Source: a virus
Taxonomy: Duplodnaviria > Caudoviricetes
Length of the DNA stretch: 26,088 bases
IMG/VR virus record: IMGVR_UViG_3300017785_002555
Location: 1 to 26,088 of that record
Strand: one strand, 5' to 3'
In this document: one piece after another, positions 15,600 through 24,665 of the stretch
Numbering within the stretch: position 1 is the first letter of the stretch
How the letters are laid out: each line of letters begins with the position of its first letter
Made by a program: the position numbers and the translations under genes
The notes under the pieces: model-generated
Database searches by the model: none
What the model was told of the DNA's origin: nothing
Seen by the model: only the letters and a program-made list of their open reading frames with translations

Positions 15600-18500
15600 T
15601 TTTACTAGCGCGATTAATACAGTATTTGAAGAAAAGCGCCGAAAAACACCAACGATAGATCCAGCAAGATCTACCGTGGGTAAATTTGATTCGGCTATTG
15701 AACAATACAAATCTGATCAAGCGGCAGTAGTAAATTACACAGCACAGCAATCTCCTGCTAATTATGCTGAGTCAATGCGCGTTAGTAAGCAAACTAATAT
15801 TCCGACAGAAGTAGTTAGTAGTGATTTAAATTATTTTAAGTCGCTGACAGACATTAGGCAAAAGCAAGAGTATTTGGCAAAAAATCCTCGCCTTTGGCAA
15901 TTTGTAGAAAGATATCCTGAAAGGTATGGACTTATACAAAATGACCTTGGCAAGATTGATAATGTAGTCAATGGCTCACGGCTTGGCATACAGCTAGAAG
16001 TTGAAAACAAAAAGAAAGTATTTACAAAACGCCCAACAGCGGCAGATTTTCCTGTCAATGCTAACCGTGGTTTTGTAGATGCTGTAAAAGAATTGAAGTC
16101 AGCTCAATTCCAATGGGATGACATTATGAGCCGCGGTGAGGCTCGACCAATGGACCGAACAATTGCTCGTGGAGATTACACACAATTTGCAAAAGATCTA
16201 CTTGCTGGCAAACAGTACGACGTATTTTTGCGTGGCTATCAAGAAGGCAAACAAGCTATTGGCATGGGCCTCGACCGCCTTGATATTTTTAGTGGCGTCA
16301 ATCGCGACATTGCTGCAGCTTGGGAAGCTGAAGGGCTTACATATTCGCCAAATGCTATTCGTGCTGCTCGCATTCAACAGCAGCAAAGAAACGTAGAAAA
16401 ATACCCAATACCTTTGGGGGCTGAAGAAGGGTTGCGCGAAATACAGCAAGCAGATGGTCCCGGTGATGCATTGATGGCCATCATTAAAAATCCATTTGCG
16501 GCAACCTATGCAATTGAAAAATCATTAGGGGCAGTTGCGCCTGGCTTAGCTGTGACTATCGGTTTGTCTACGCTTGGCCCAATTGGCACTGCAACTGGTG
16601 CTGGTTTAACAAGCTTTGCTATTGAGTATGGTTCTACCATACAAGATGTTTTGCAAGAAAATAAAGTCAACATGAATGATGTTGGCTCCCTTAGCCGGGC
16701 TTTAGAAAATAAAGAATTAATGGAAAAGGCTCGAGAAAAAGCAGTTGCTCGAGGAATACCTATTGCTTTGTTTGATGCTGCAACTGCAGGTTTGGCCGGT
16801 AGATTTTTAGCTGCTGCTAACTCAACAAAACGCAGCATGATTACTGCAGTTACTGCAGAAGCCGGTGTCCAAATGGCCGGTGGCGCACTTGGTGAAATTA
16901 CAGCTCAAAAAGTTAGTGGAGAAGAAAAATTAAAGTGGGGCGACATTTGGCTTGAAGCTTTAGGAGAATTGCCAACAGCTGTGCCAGAAGCTTGGAGCAA
17001 TTATGCTGGCTTACGTGCAAAGTATGAGCAAAAGCAGGCAGAGCGTACAGATAATATTGTAAATGCCGCAGTCAATGTTGACATCATGCGCAATGCCATG
17101 AATCAAGTCAAAAGCATGGAGGCTGCAAACCTTGGGCAAGAAGGCAAAGAGGCTATTGCTGAAGTGTTTAATCAAGCAAACCCAGATGCTTCGGTCACAA
17201 TTAACGTAAACCAACTTTTTGATTTAACTACAGAAGAAGAATTTAATATGCTTCTGTCATTAAATCAAGATTACAACGCACAAATAAAAAACGCGGTTAA
17301 TGAACAGACCGATATAGAAATTAAGATGGGTGACTTTCTTGCGGTGTTTTCGCAATCGCAAAGGTCTGAAGAAATTCTTGCAAATATTCGTATGAATGAC
17401 ACAGACATTACTTTGGCTGAGGCTAAAGTAATAGCGCAAGAAGAAGACGCCACATTAAAGCAAGAGCTCGAGAATTTGATTGCTGATCAAGATAAGCGTC
17501 AGTCATTTTATGAAAGTAGGGAAGCGGTCAAGCAGGACATTTTTGCCAAGCTTAATCAAGCGAACAGGTTTACATCGTCTGTAAACGAAGTAAACGCAAC
17601 GCTTGCCGCGGCTCGGTTTGCTACTCGTGCTGCACAACTTAACATGTCTCCGCAGGAGTTTTACCAGCAGCGTGGTCTGAACATTGTGTCGCAGTCGGTT
17701 GCTGATGAGCAGGCATTTATGCAGAGCACTACCACGCCTGAATTTAAGCAATGGTTCGCTGATTCTAAGGTGGTGGATGTCGACGGAGCTCCGTTGAGAT
17801 TGTTCCGTGGTATGGCTGGAGCTGCAATCCCCGAAGAAGGCGTGACTGAAATGAGCCCAACTCCGGGCCTGCTTGGCACTGGCATCTACATGACTGGCTA
17901 TCCACGCCGGGCCGAAGGCTATGCTGAAGGCGAGCGCGGCCAAATTTACCCGCTGTATGCATCAATTCAAAATCCAATCAGCGAAGACGATTTCATCGAG
18001 CGTTTTGGTCGGGAGCAGCGTACACCTGAGCAAAACCAAGCAATTACTGATCAGCTTGTCAGCGAAGGGTATGACGGCATCATCGCTGATCGCGGCCCCG
18101 GCAAAGCATGGGAAGTCGTGGCTTTTCGTCCTGAGCAAGTCAAGTCTGTATTTAACGAGCGCCCAACAGAATCGCCTGAATTGTTCAAACAGACCATCGG
18201 CGGCAAACCCGGGGCAAACAATCCCGGCGCTGGTGTCGAGGATCGCAACCGGCTGGGGTTCTGGCCAGCTCTGCGCGTCAAGGTAACCGGCAAGGTCACG
18301 ATCCCTGAAAAGCCACTGATCCTGACTGGCACTACAAACGTCAATGCGCAGAAGCAGATCGACGCAATCGACGGAATCCTGAAAAAGTTTCCAAAGGCGA
18401 CCGAGTCTGTCGAGCAGTGGTCAAAAATGATGGCCTATGCGCTTGGCTCGGACGAGGTTCCGGTGCCGCCGTATGCGTTTATCAGTGATCTCAATGGCAC

Positions 18501-21500
18501 AGGCTCTGTCGACAAGCTGCGCACCCTGACCCAAGGCCAGATCGATGATGCGACAGCAGGATTTGACAATGCCAAAGAGTTCCGCCGGGCATACACATCT
18601 GGCGAGCTGACAGTTGAAACCACTGGCAAGCTGTTCTTGTGGTCGTTTCTTTCCCGTGGAGTGAGCCCCTACACGCAGGAAGCCCTGTTTATTGACTCGT
18701 TCAATGGTGCCAATGAGTGGATTGCCAAAGCGGCGCGCGGTGAATTTACCGAAGCTGATTTTCCGGCCTATGAAGAGTGGGCCAAGTCAGTTGCCCCCAA
18801 GGGCAGCGGCCAGCCCGGCGCTGGTGCTACACACAACCTAAATGCATTCGGACAGGATTTCCTGTTCAAGATGTCGCAGAAGGGCGCAGACGGTAAGTCG
18901 CACCTGCAGCGGCTACACGACATGATGGCCGACCCAAACCAGACCGGCAAGCAGATCCGCCGGGAGTTTGCGACGTTTGGCGAGGGCGTGGGCATCGACA
19001 ACAAGGTGGTGTCGTTTACCCTGCTGGTGGCCGGTTTCAATGATGTGATGGTGCTGGACCGGGTGCAGATCCGCCAGCTCTGGGATGACGGCAAATTTTC
19101 TGGCGTCAACCTGTATGACGGCGTCACAGAAAAACGGATGGTCACCGGCAAAGACGGCGTTGCCAAAGAGAAAAACGTCAAGATTGCCGGGTCATCGCTA
19201 AACAACCTGACCGAAGGCGCGCGTGGCATTTTGGTCTACGAGGCCATTGAGCGCGGTCTGGAAGCCAAGATCCAGCAGTTTTACACCGAGCTGGGCCGGC
19301 CACAGGACGCCAGCATTGGCCGATATCATTGGGAGACATGGGTCGCAGACAGCCAGCAGGAGGCCGCTCATGGCTCTCTGGGCGCTATTTTGGCCGATGC
19401 CAAGGGTGACGATCAGGCAATTGCCAGCGTTCATGCCAAGCAGGGAGAATATGGTGCATATGAGTACGGAGCCCTGTACAATAGGGACGTAACGTCAACA
19501 CCTTGGTTTGGCTATGAGACTCCAACTGGGAACAATTATGCGTTCTCGGTGCCTGCTTTTCGGGCATTTTTGGAGGACATCAAGCGCCCGGCCACTGGTG
19601 TTGTCCCGACAAAATTTAAAGTGACGGAGAGCGGAAATGCCCCTTGGTACACCAGACCAGAAGTCAACCAACAGCGCCTCGATGAGCGAGCAGCCTACTG
19701 GGCAGACCTTGCCGGCGGAACCGGCGAAGGGCGACTTGCTATTGAGCAAGCTGCTCCGACAGCGCAGCCCGATGGTGCCAGACCCGAGCCCGGAGACGGT
19801 GAATTTTTCCAGTCCGGAGGGGCAGGCATTCAGCGCCTACGAACAAGCGATATCAATGTTGCCGCAAGATACGGTACCCCAAGAGACGGATCCACTTCAG
19901 TCGTTGGCGTCCACTATAGCAGCCTCCCTCGAAACACTCTCTCCGGGCAATTCTACGGAACAGGTTTAAAGGGCGCCGAAGCTGGCCGGCTTGGCCAAAG
20001 CACTGACAACCGGCTATCAAACCGGATTCATTTTTACGTCGATGCCGGCTCAGGTATAGCGCCTGAGGCTGGTGTCGGCGGCAACGTCCACGCAGTCAAC
20101 CTGCAAAATCTCTATAACGTCGAAGAAGACGCTCTTGGCTTGCGCGCGCAGGCATCTGCTGCAGGCAGAGATCCACAAAACTTGTGGTTCAATAACCTAG
20201 AATCTGCTGTCATTGATGCCGGATTTGATGGTATCTACATTCCAACTGCACAAGGTTCACAAGGTGTTGCTGTGCTTTTAGGTCCACAGCACGTTGGTAT
20301 ATCGGTTGATCAGCTTGGCACACACTCTGTGCCTGCTGCCGGTATGTATACACCACCACCGACTGGCAAGCGCCGCATATCGTTGCTGCCAGATGAGATC
20401 CAGACTTTCTATGATCAGGAAGCGCAGATTAAACAAAGCGCTCCAAGTGCATACCTGCGCAATGGCAATCTGATTTTTGATGAAACAGATGCGCAAGGCG
20501 TCATTGACTTTTTCCCTGAAGCAGTCAACGCAAAAGTGTTGATGCAGAATGCTCGAGGCACTTTTAATCCGCGTACAAATACCATCACATTGATGAATGA
20601 TGCGAACCTATCTACGTTCGCACACGAGCTTGCACACTTTTTCTTTGAGGATGACATCCTATTGGCATCCGAGTTAATGGGCAAAGAGAACATCACTATT
20701 GGTGAGCAACAAATTATTAATGATGTCAGCAAGTTGATGTCGTGGCACGGAATTCAAGGAAATGCTGTTGAACAAATTCAGCAATATTTCAACATGAGTT
20801 TTGAAGAAAAACGTGCATATCACGAGCGTACTGCTGAGTCATTTGAGCGTTACATGTTCAGCGGCAAAGCGCCGAGCATTGAATTGCAGCCTTACTTCCA
20901 ACGGTTCCGCGCTTGGATGATTAGCGTTTACAACTCAATTAAAGAATTTCTAATTAAAAATCCAGAAGCAGGAAAACTTAATGCCGAGGTTAGAGAAGTA
21001 TTTGACCGTATGTTGGCGACCAATGATCAGATAGAGCTGGCCCAACAAAACCGTTCAATGTTGCCGCTATTTGAATCTGCGCAAGATGCTGGAATGACTA
21101 CCGAAGAGTTTGCTCGGTATCAGCAAGAAAATGCTGAAGCTGGCGCATCTGCTATGGATGACCTGACATCAAAGACATTGTCAGACATGAAGTGGATGGA
21201 AAACGCCAAGGCTCGAGAACTTCGTCGACTGCAAAAGGAAGCCGCTGGCCTACGAGCAGAAATGAAGATTGAGGCTCGTCGCCAGATTTTGTCGCAGCCT
21301 GTGTATCAAGCTTGGCAGTTCTTGACTGGAAAAGCAGCGCAGCCATCTGTTGACCTGACTGAATATCAACTCGAAGTGGCCGAATGGGAGCGCAAGAAAT
21401 CTGAAGCTCTTGAGGAAGTACGCATTGAGGTCCGCACAAAGCTGTGGTCTGAGTCGCCTGAGTCAAAGAAAACTTATGAAACTACACAAAAAGCAGGTCT

Positions 21501-24500
21501 TGCAAAAGGCCAGTTTTTGTCTAAGCACCGCAAAGATATTGAGCTCGAGGTAAGCAAATTTGCTTTGGAGTATGACCGCAATAATCCAAAGCCCAAAAAA
21601 CCAGAAGTTCCAACAACCATCGAAGAGATGGGTGAGGTTGTATACGGCAAGCTTAATACTGCAGCCGTTGCAGAGCTCGGCATTCCAGAAGAAATTACTG
21701 GGTTCTTGAAGACACTGCGCATGGTGGCCACAGATGGTCTGGACCCAGACATGCTGGCTACGCAGTTTGGTTTTTCATCAGGCGATGAGCTTGTCAGATC
21801 TTTGGCTGCTGCAGAAAAGCCTGAGATAGCGATTAATAATTTGACAGATAAATTGATGCTTGAGCAATATGGTGAGTTTTCAACACCAGAGGCTTTGGAG
21901 ATGGCAGCTGACATGGCCATTCACAATGAAGCTCGCGCTCGATTTATTGCGACAGAAATGGCCGCTATTGCAAAGGCAGCAGGCAAACCTCGCATGCTGG
22001 CTAATTCTGCAAAAACTTATGCGCGTGTAATTATTGACCGCATGAAAATCATTGACATTCGTCCAGTCAAATATGCATCAGCAGAAGCTCGTTCTGCTAA
22101 AGCTGCAGAAAAAGCAATGATGGCTGGCAAAACTCAAGAGGTATACGCAGAAAAGCGCAATCAGATGCTGAACAATCAAACAGCAAAAGCTGCATATGAA
22201 GCGCTTGATGAAGTTCAAAAAGGCGTCAGATATCTAAAGAAATTTGACAGCGAAGGTGTACGCAAAGCTATCGATATTGACTATCAGGATCAGATTGATA
22301 CCTTTCTCGAGCGATTTAATCTGAGCTCTGGCCAAAGCCGTCGTAGCATTGAAAAGCGCAAGCAACTGGCTCAATGGCTTGATTCTCAGGAAGAGATGGG
22401 CATTGAAGTCGACATATCACCAAAGCTTAAAAATGAAGCGCTGCGCCAATCTTACAAAGAACTGACAGTTGAAGAGTTCCGTGGACTTGTTGACACCATC
22501 AAACAAATCGAACATTTGGGCCGGCTAAAGCAACGCTTACTGACACAGGCGGAAGACCGCAGGTTTGCTGACATCATTACCGAGATGGTGACTGGTGTTG
22601 AGGTCAATGGCGCAAACAAGAAAGCAGTCAATCGCACCCGCGATACATTGCCAAGTCGAATTACGGCGCTGTTTAAAGGTTACACAGCAAGCCATCGCAA
22701 AGTTGCCAGCTTGGCTCGCGAGCTTGATGGATTTAAAGACGGTGGACCGGTATGGAATTACCTGATCCGTACCATGAACGACGCCGGCAATCGTGAAGCA
22801 ACTATGCGAGCTCAGGCAACTAAGCGCATGGCCGAGTTGATCAAGCCGATTATGAAGCTAGGCAAGATGGGTGGCAACGGTAAGTTTTTCCCAACATTAG
22901 GTCAAAGTTTGAACCGCGGCGAACGGATTGTCATGGTCCTAAACATGGGCAATGCCGGCAATATGCAGCGCTTGCTTGATGGCTATGGTTGGACTATGGA
23001 GCAGGTGCAGCCAGTCATTGATAGCCTAAGCGAAGAAGAGCTTAAATTCGTACAGGATATCTGGGATTTCTTCGAAAGCTATCGGCCAATGATTGCAGAG
23101 AAAGAACGCCGGGTCATGGGCAAAGAGCCAAACTGGGTCGACCCGGTTCCGCTTGATACCAAGTTTGGCCGGCTGCGAGGCGGCTATTTCCCGATTGTCT
23201 ACGATCCGAAGATGTCGGGCCGGGCTGAACAGCAGTCGGATGCTGAGGCAGCAAAGCAGCAATTGCGTGGTGCCTTTGTGGCCGCGACAACCCGCCGCAG
23301 CTTTGTCAAATCGCGCGCTGAGGCCGTGATGGATCGTCCGGTACTGTTGACATGGGATGGCTTATTCCGTGGCGTCAATGAGGTAATACATGATTTGACA
23401 TGGCACGAGTGGGTGATCGACGCCAACCGCATCGTCAAGAATGGCGAATTTGATGATGCAGTGCGTAGTCGGTATGGCGCTGAAGTGGTCCAGCAATTTA
23501 AGGCAGCGATCCGAGACATTGCGGCAGGTGAGTCAGCAGCATTGCAGCCAATTGAAAAAGGGCTCAACTATCTACGTGCAGGCTCGGCCATCGCCGGTCT
23601 TGGCTTCAATATCATGAATGCTTTCCTGCAGCCGCTGGGTCTGACGCAATCGATGGTTCGTATTGGACCCAAATGGGTAGCCATGGGCGTTGGCAAATGG
23701 GCCACATCTCCGGTCGGCATGGTTAAAGAAGTCTGGTCCAAATCAGAATTTATGATGAACCGGCACATGACCCAGCAACGTGAGGTCAACGAGATTCAAT
23801 CGGTAGTACAAGGCAAAAGTACTATTCGCCAGAAAATAGACACGCTGATGTTTGTGCCAATGATCAGCTTGCAGCTGATCGCAGATATGCCGACATGGTG
23901 GGGCGCTTATCAAAAAGCGCTGGCTGATGTAAATGTCGACATGACCGAAGAAGCTATTGAAAGCCGGGCGATTGCTCTAGCTGATCAGGCTGTGCTTGAT
24001 TCTCAATCTGGTGGCCAGATCAAAGATCTTGCGCAGGTGCAGCGTGGCGGAGCGGCATTAAAGCTGTTTACCGTGTTTTATGGATACTTCTCAGCTTCCT
24101 ACAATCTGGGCGTCGAGCGCGCAAAAGCTACAAACTTCCGCAACCCGCTCGATATTATGCACCTTGGCTGGGATTTCCTGATGCTGTATTCGGTGCCTGC
24201 TGTTCTTGGCATGATGCTTAAAGAAGCTTTGCAGCCCGGTGATGAAGATGATGAAGAAGAGCTGGCAACTAAGCTTGCTGGTGAGCAAATCAGCTACATG
24301 ATGAACATGATGGTCGGCCTGAGAGAAGCTGTGGGAGCAGTTCAGTACATGACAGGCACCAAACAATTTGATGCGTCATACGGTGGCCCGGCTGGCCTGC
24401 GGTTCTTCCAAGAGCTGGACAAGCTTGGCAAGCAAATTGGTCAGGGCGAACTTGACCGGGCTTTGCTGAGGTCCACGGTCAACGTAATGGGTATAACCCT

Positions 24501-24606
24501 GCATCTGCCATCAGCTCAAGCAAACCGGACAATTGACGGCGTCATGGCATTGAGCGAAGGCGAGACTGAAAATCCAATGGCCATCCTGATGGGATTCAAG
24601 AAATAG
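15592..24606 (+). CDS. Giant internal virion/ejection protein of the large polyvalent protein type (ART, HhH-GPD glycosylase-like, ART-like and zincin domains)
   Basis: 3004-aa ORF in the T7 gp16 position. Hydrophobic Gly/Ala segments near aa 310-470. ART-PolyVal-like 'EFKQWFADSKVVD..G.PL.LFRG...GYDGII...EVVAFRPEQVKS'. HhH motif with K1138/D1156. HELAH at aa 1678-1682. Long helical C-terminal half. Confidence 0.88.
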   Translation: MTDFTSAINTVFEEKRRKTPTIDPARSTVGKFDSAIEQYKSDQAAVVNYTAQQSPANYAESMRVSKQTNIPTEVVSSDLNYFKSLTDIRQKQEYLAKNPRLWQFVERYPERYGLIQNDLGKIDNVVNGSRLGIQLEVENKKKVFTKRPTAADFPVNANRGFVDAVKELKSAQFQWDDIMSRGEARPMDRTIARGDYTQFAKDLLAGKQYDVFLRGYQEGKQAIGMGLDRLDIFSGVNRDIAAAWEAEGLTYSPNAIRAARIQQQQRNVEKYPIPLGAEEGLREIQQADGPGDALMAIIKNPFAATYAIEKSLGAVAPGLAVTIGLSTLGPIGTATGAGLTSFAIEYGSTIQDVLQENKVNMNDVGSLSRALENKELMEKAREKAVARGIPIALFDAATAGLAGRFLAAANSTKRSMITAVTAEAGVQMAGGALGEITAQKVSGEEKLKWGDIWLEALGELPTAVPEAWSNYAGLRAKYEQKQAERTDNIVNAAVNVDIMRNAMNQVKSMEAANLGQEGKEAIAEVFNQANPDASVTINVNQLFDLTTEEEFNMLLSLNQDYNAQIKNAVNEQTDIEIKMGDFLAVFSQSQRSEEILANIRMNDTDITLAEAKVIAQEEDATLKQELENLIADQDKRQSFYESREAVKQDIFAKLNQANRFTSSVNEVNATLAAARFATRAAQLNMSPQEFYQQRGLNIVSQSVADEQAFMQSTTTPEFKQWFADSKVVDVDGAPLRLFRGMAGAAIPEEGVTEMSPTPGLLGTGIYMTGYPRRAEGYAEGERGQIYPLYASIQNPISEDDFIERFGREQRTPEQNQAITDQLVSEGYDGIIADRGPGKAWEVVAFRPEQVKSVFNERPTESPELFKQTIGGKPGANNPGAGVEDRNRLGFWPALRVKVTGKVTIPEKPLILTGTTNVNAQKQIDAIDGILKKFPKATESVEQWSKMMAYALGSDEVPVPPYAFISDLNGTGSVDKLRTLTQGQIDDATAGFDNAKEFRRAYTSGELTVETTGKLFLWSFLSRGVSPYTQEALFIDSFNGANEWIAKAARGEFTEADFPAYEEWAKSVAPKGSGQPGAGATHNLNAFGQDFLFKMSQKGADGKSHLQRLHDMMADPNQTGKQIRREFATFGEGVGIDNKVVSFTLLVAGFNDVMVLDRVQIRQLWDDGKFSGVNLYDGVTEKRMVTGKDGVAKEKNVKIAGSSLNNLTEGARGILVYEAIERGLEAKIQQFYTELGRPQDASIGRYHWETWVADSQQEAAHGSLGAILADAKGDDQAIASVHAKQGEYGAYEYGALYNRDVTSTPWFGYETPTGNNYAFSVPAFRAFLEDIKRPATGVVPTKFKVTESGNAPWYTRPEVNQQRLDERAAYWADLAGGTGEGRLAIEQAAPTAQPDGARPEPGDGEFFQSGGAGIQRLRTSDINVAARYGTPRDGSTSVVGVHYSSLPRNTLSGQFYGTGLKGAEAGRLGQSTDNRLSNRIHFYVDAGSGIAPEAGVGGNVHAVNLQNLYNVEEDALGLRAQASAAGRDPQNLWFNNLESAVIDAGFDGIYIPTAQGSQGVAVLLGPQHVGISVDQLGTHSVPAAGMYTPPPTGKRRISLLPDEIQTFYDQEAQIKQSAPSAYLRNGNLIFDETDAQGVIDFFPEAVNAKVLMQNARGTFNPRTNTITLMNDANLSTFAHELAHFFFEDDILLASELMGKENITIGEQQIINDVSKLMSWHGIQGNAVEQIQQYFNMSFEEKRAYHERTAESFERYMFSGKAPSIELQPYFQRFRAWMISVYNSIKEFLIKNPEAGKLNAEVREVFDRMLATNDQIELAQQNRSMLPLFESAQDAGMTTEEFARYQQENAEAGASAMDDLTSKTLSDMKWMENAKARELRRLQKEAAGLRAEMKIEARRQILSQPVYQAWQFLTGKAAQPSVDLTEYQLEVAEWERKKSEALEEVRIEVRTKLWSESPESKKTYETTQKAGLAKGQFLSKHRKDIELEVSKFALEYDRNNPKPKKPEVPTTIEEMGEVVYGKLNTAAVAELGIPEEITGFLKTLRMVATDGLDPDMLATQFGFSSGDELVRSLAAAEKPEIAINNLTDKLMLEQYGEFSTPEALEMAADMAIHNEARARFIATEMAAIAKAAGKPRMLANSAKTYARVIIDRMKIIDIRPVKYASAEARSAKAAEKAMMAGKTQEVYAEKRNQMLNNQTAKAAYEALDEVQKGVRYLKKFDSEGVRKAIDIDYQDQIDTFLERFNLSSGQSRRSIEKRKQLAQWLDSQEEMGIEVDISPKLKNEALRQSYKELTVEEFRGLVDTIKQIEHLGRLKQRLLTQAEDRRFADIITEMVTGVEVNGANKKAVNRTRDTLPSRITALFKGYTASHRKVASLARELDGFKDGGPVWNYLIRTMNDAGNREATMRAQATKRMAELIKPIMKLGKMGGNGKFFPTLGQSLNRGERIVMVLNMGNAGNMQRLLDGYGWTMEQVQPVIDSLSEEELKFVQDIWDFFESYRPMIAEKERRVMGKEPNWVDPVPLDTKFGRLRGGYFPIVYDPKMSGRAEQQSDAEAAKQQLRGAFVAATTRRSFVKSRAEAVMDRPVLLTWDGLFRGVNEVIHDLTWHEWVIDANRIVKNGEFDDAVRSRYGAEVVQQFKAAIRDIAAGESAALQPIEKGLNYLRAGSAIAGLGFNIMNAFLQPLGLTQSMVRIGPKWVAMGVGKWATSPVGMVKEVWSKSEFMMNRHMTQQREVNEIQSVVQGKSTIRQKIDTLMFVPMISLQLIADMPTWWGAYQKALADVNVDMTEEAIESRAIALADQAVLDSQSGGQIKDLAQVQRGGAALKLFTVFYGYFSASYNLGVERAKATNFRNPLDIMHLGWDFLMLYSVPAVLGMMLKEALQPGDEDDEEELATKLAGEQISYMMNMMVGLREAVGAVQYMTGTKQFDASYGGPAGLRFFQELDKLGKQIGQGELDRALLRSTVNVMGITLHLPSAQANRTIDGVMALSEGETENPMAILMGFKK

Positions 24607-24638
24607 GTGCCCGTAAGTGTATTCAAAATGTTTAGCCT
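24607..24638 (+). promoter_or_regulatory. Repeated junction motif copy 4 (putative late promoter for the tail-fibre gene)
   Basis: GTGCCCGTA at 24607-24615 immediately after TAG. TAGCCT at 24633-24638 (17-nt spacer). A further TATAAT lies at 24642-24647. Confidence 0.62.
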
Positions 24639-24665
24639 TTATATAATCTCCAAGGAGTCATTGTT

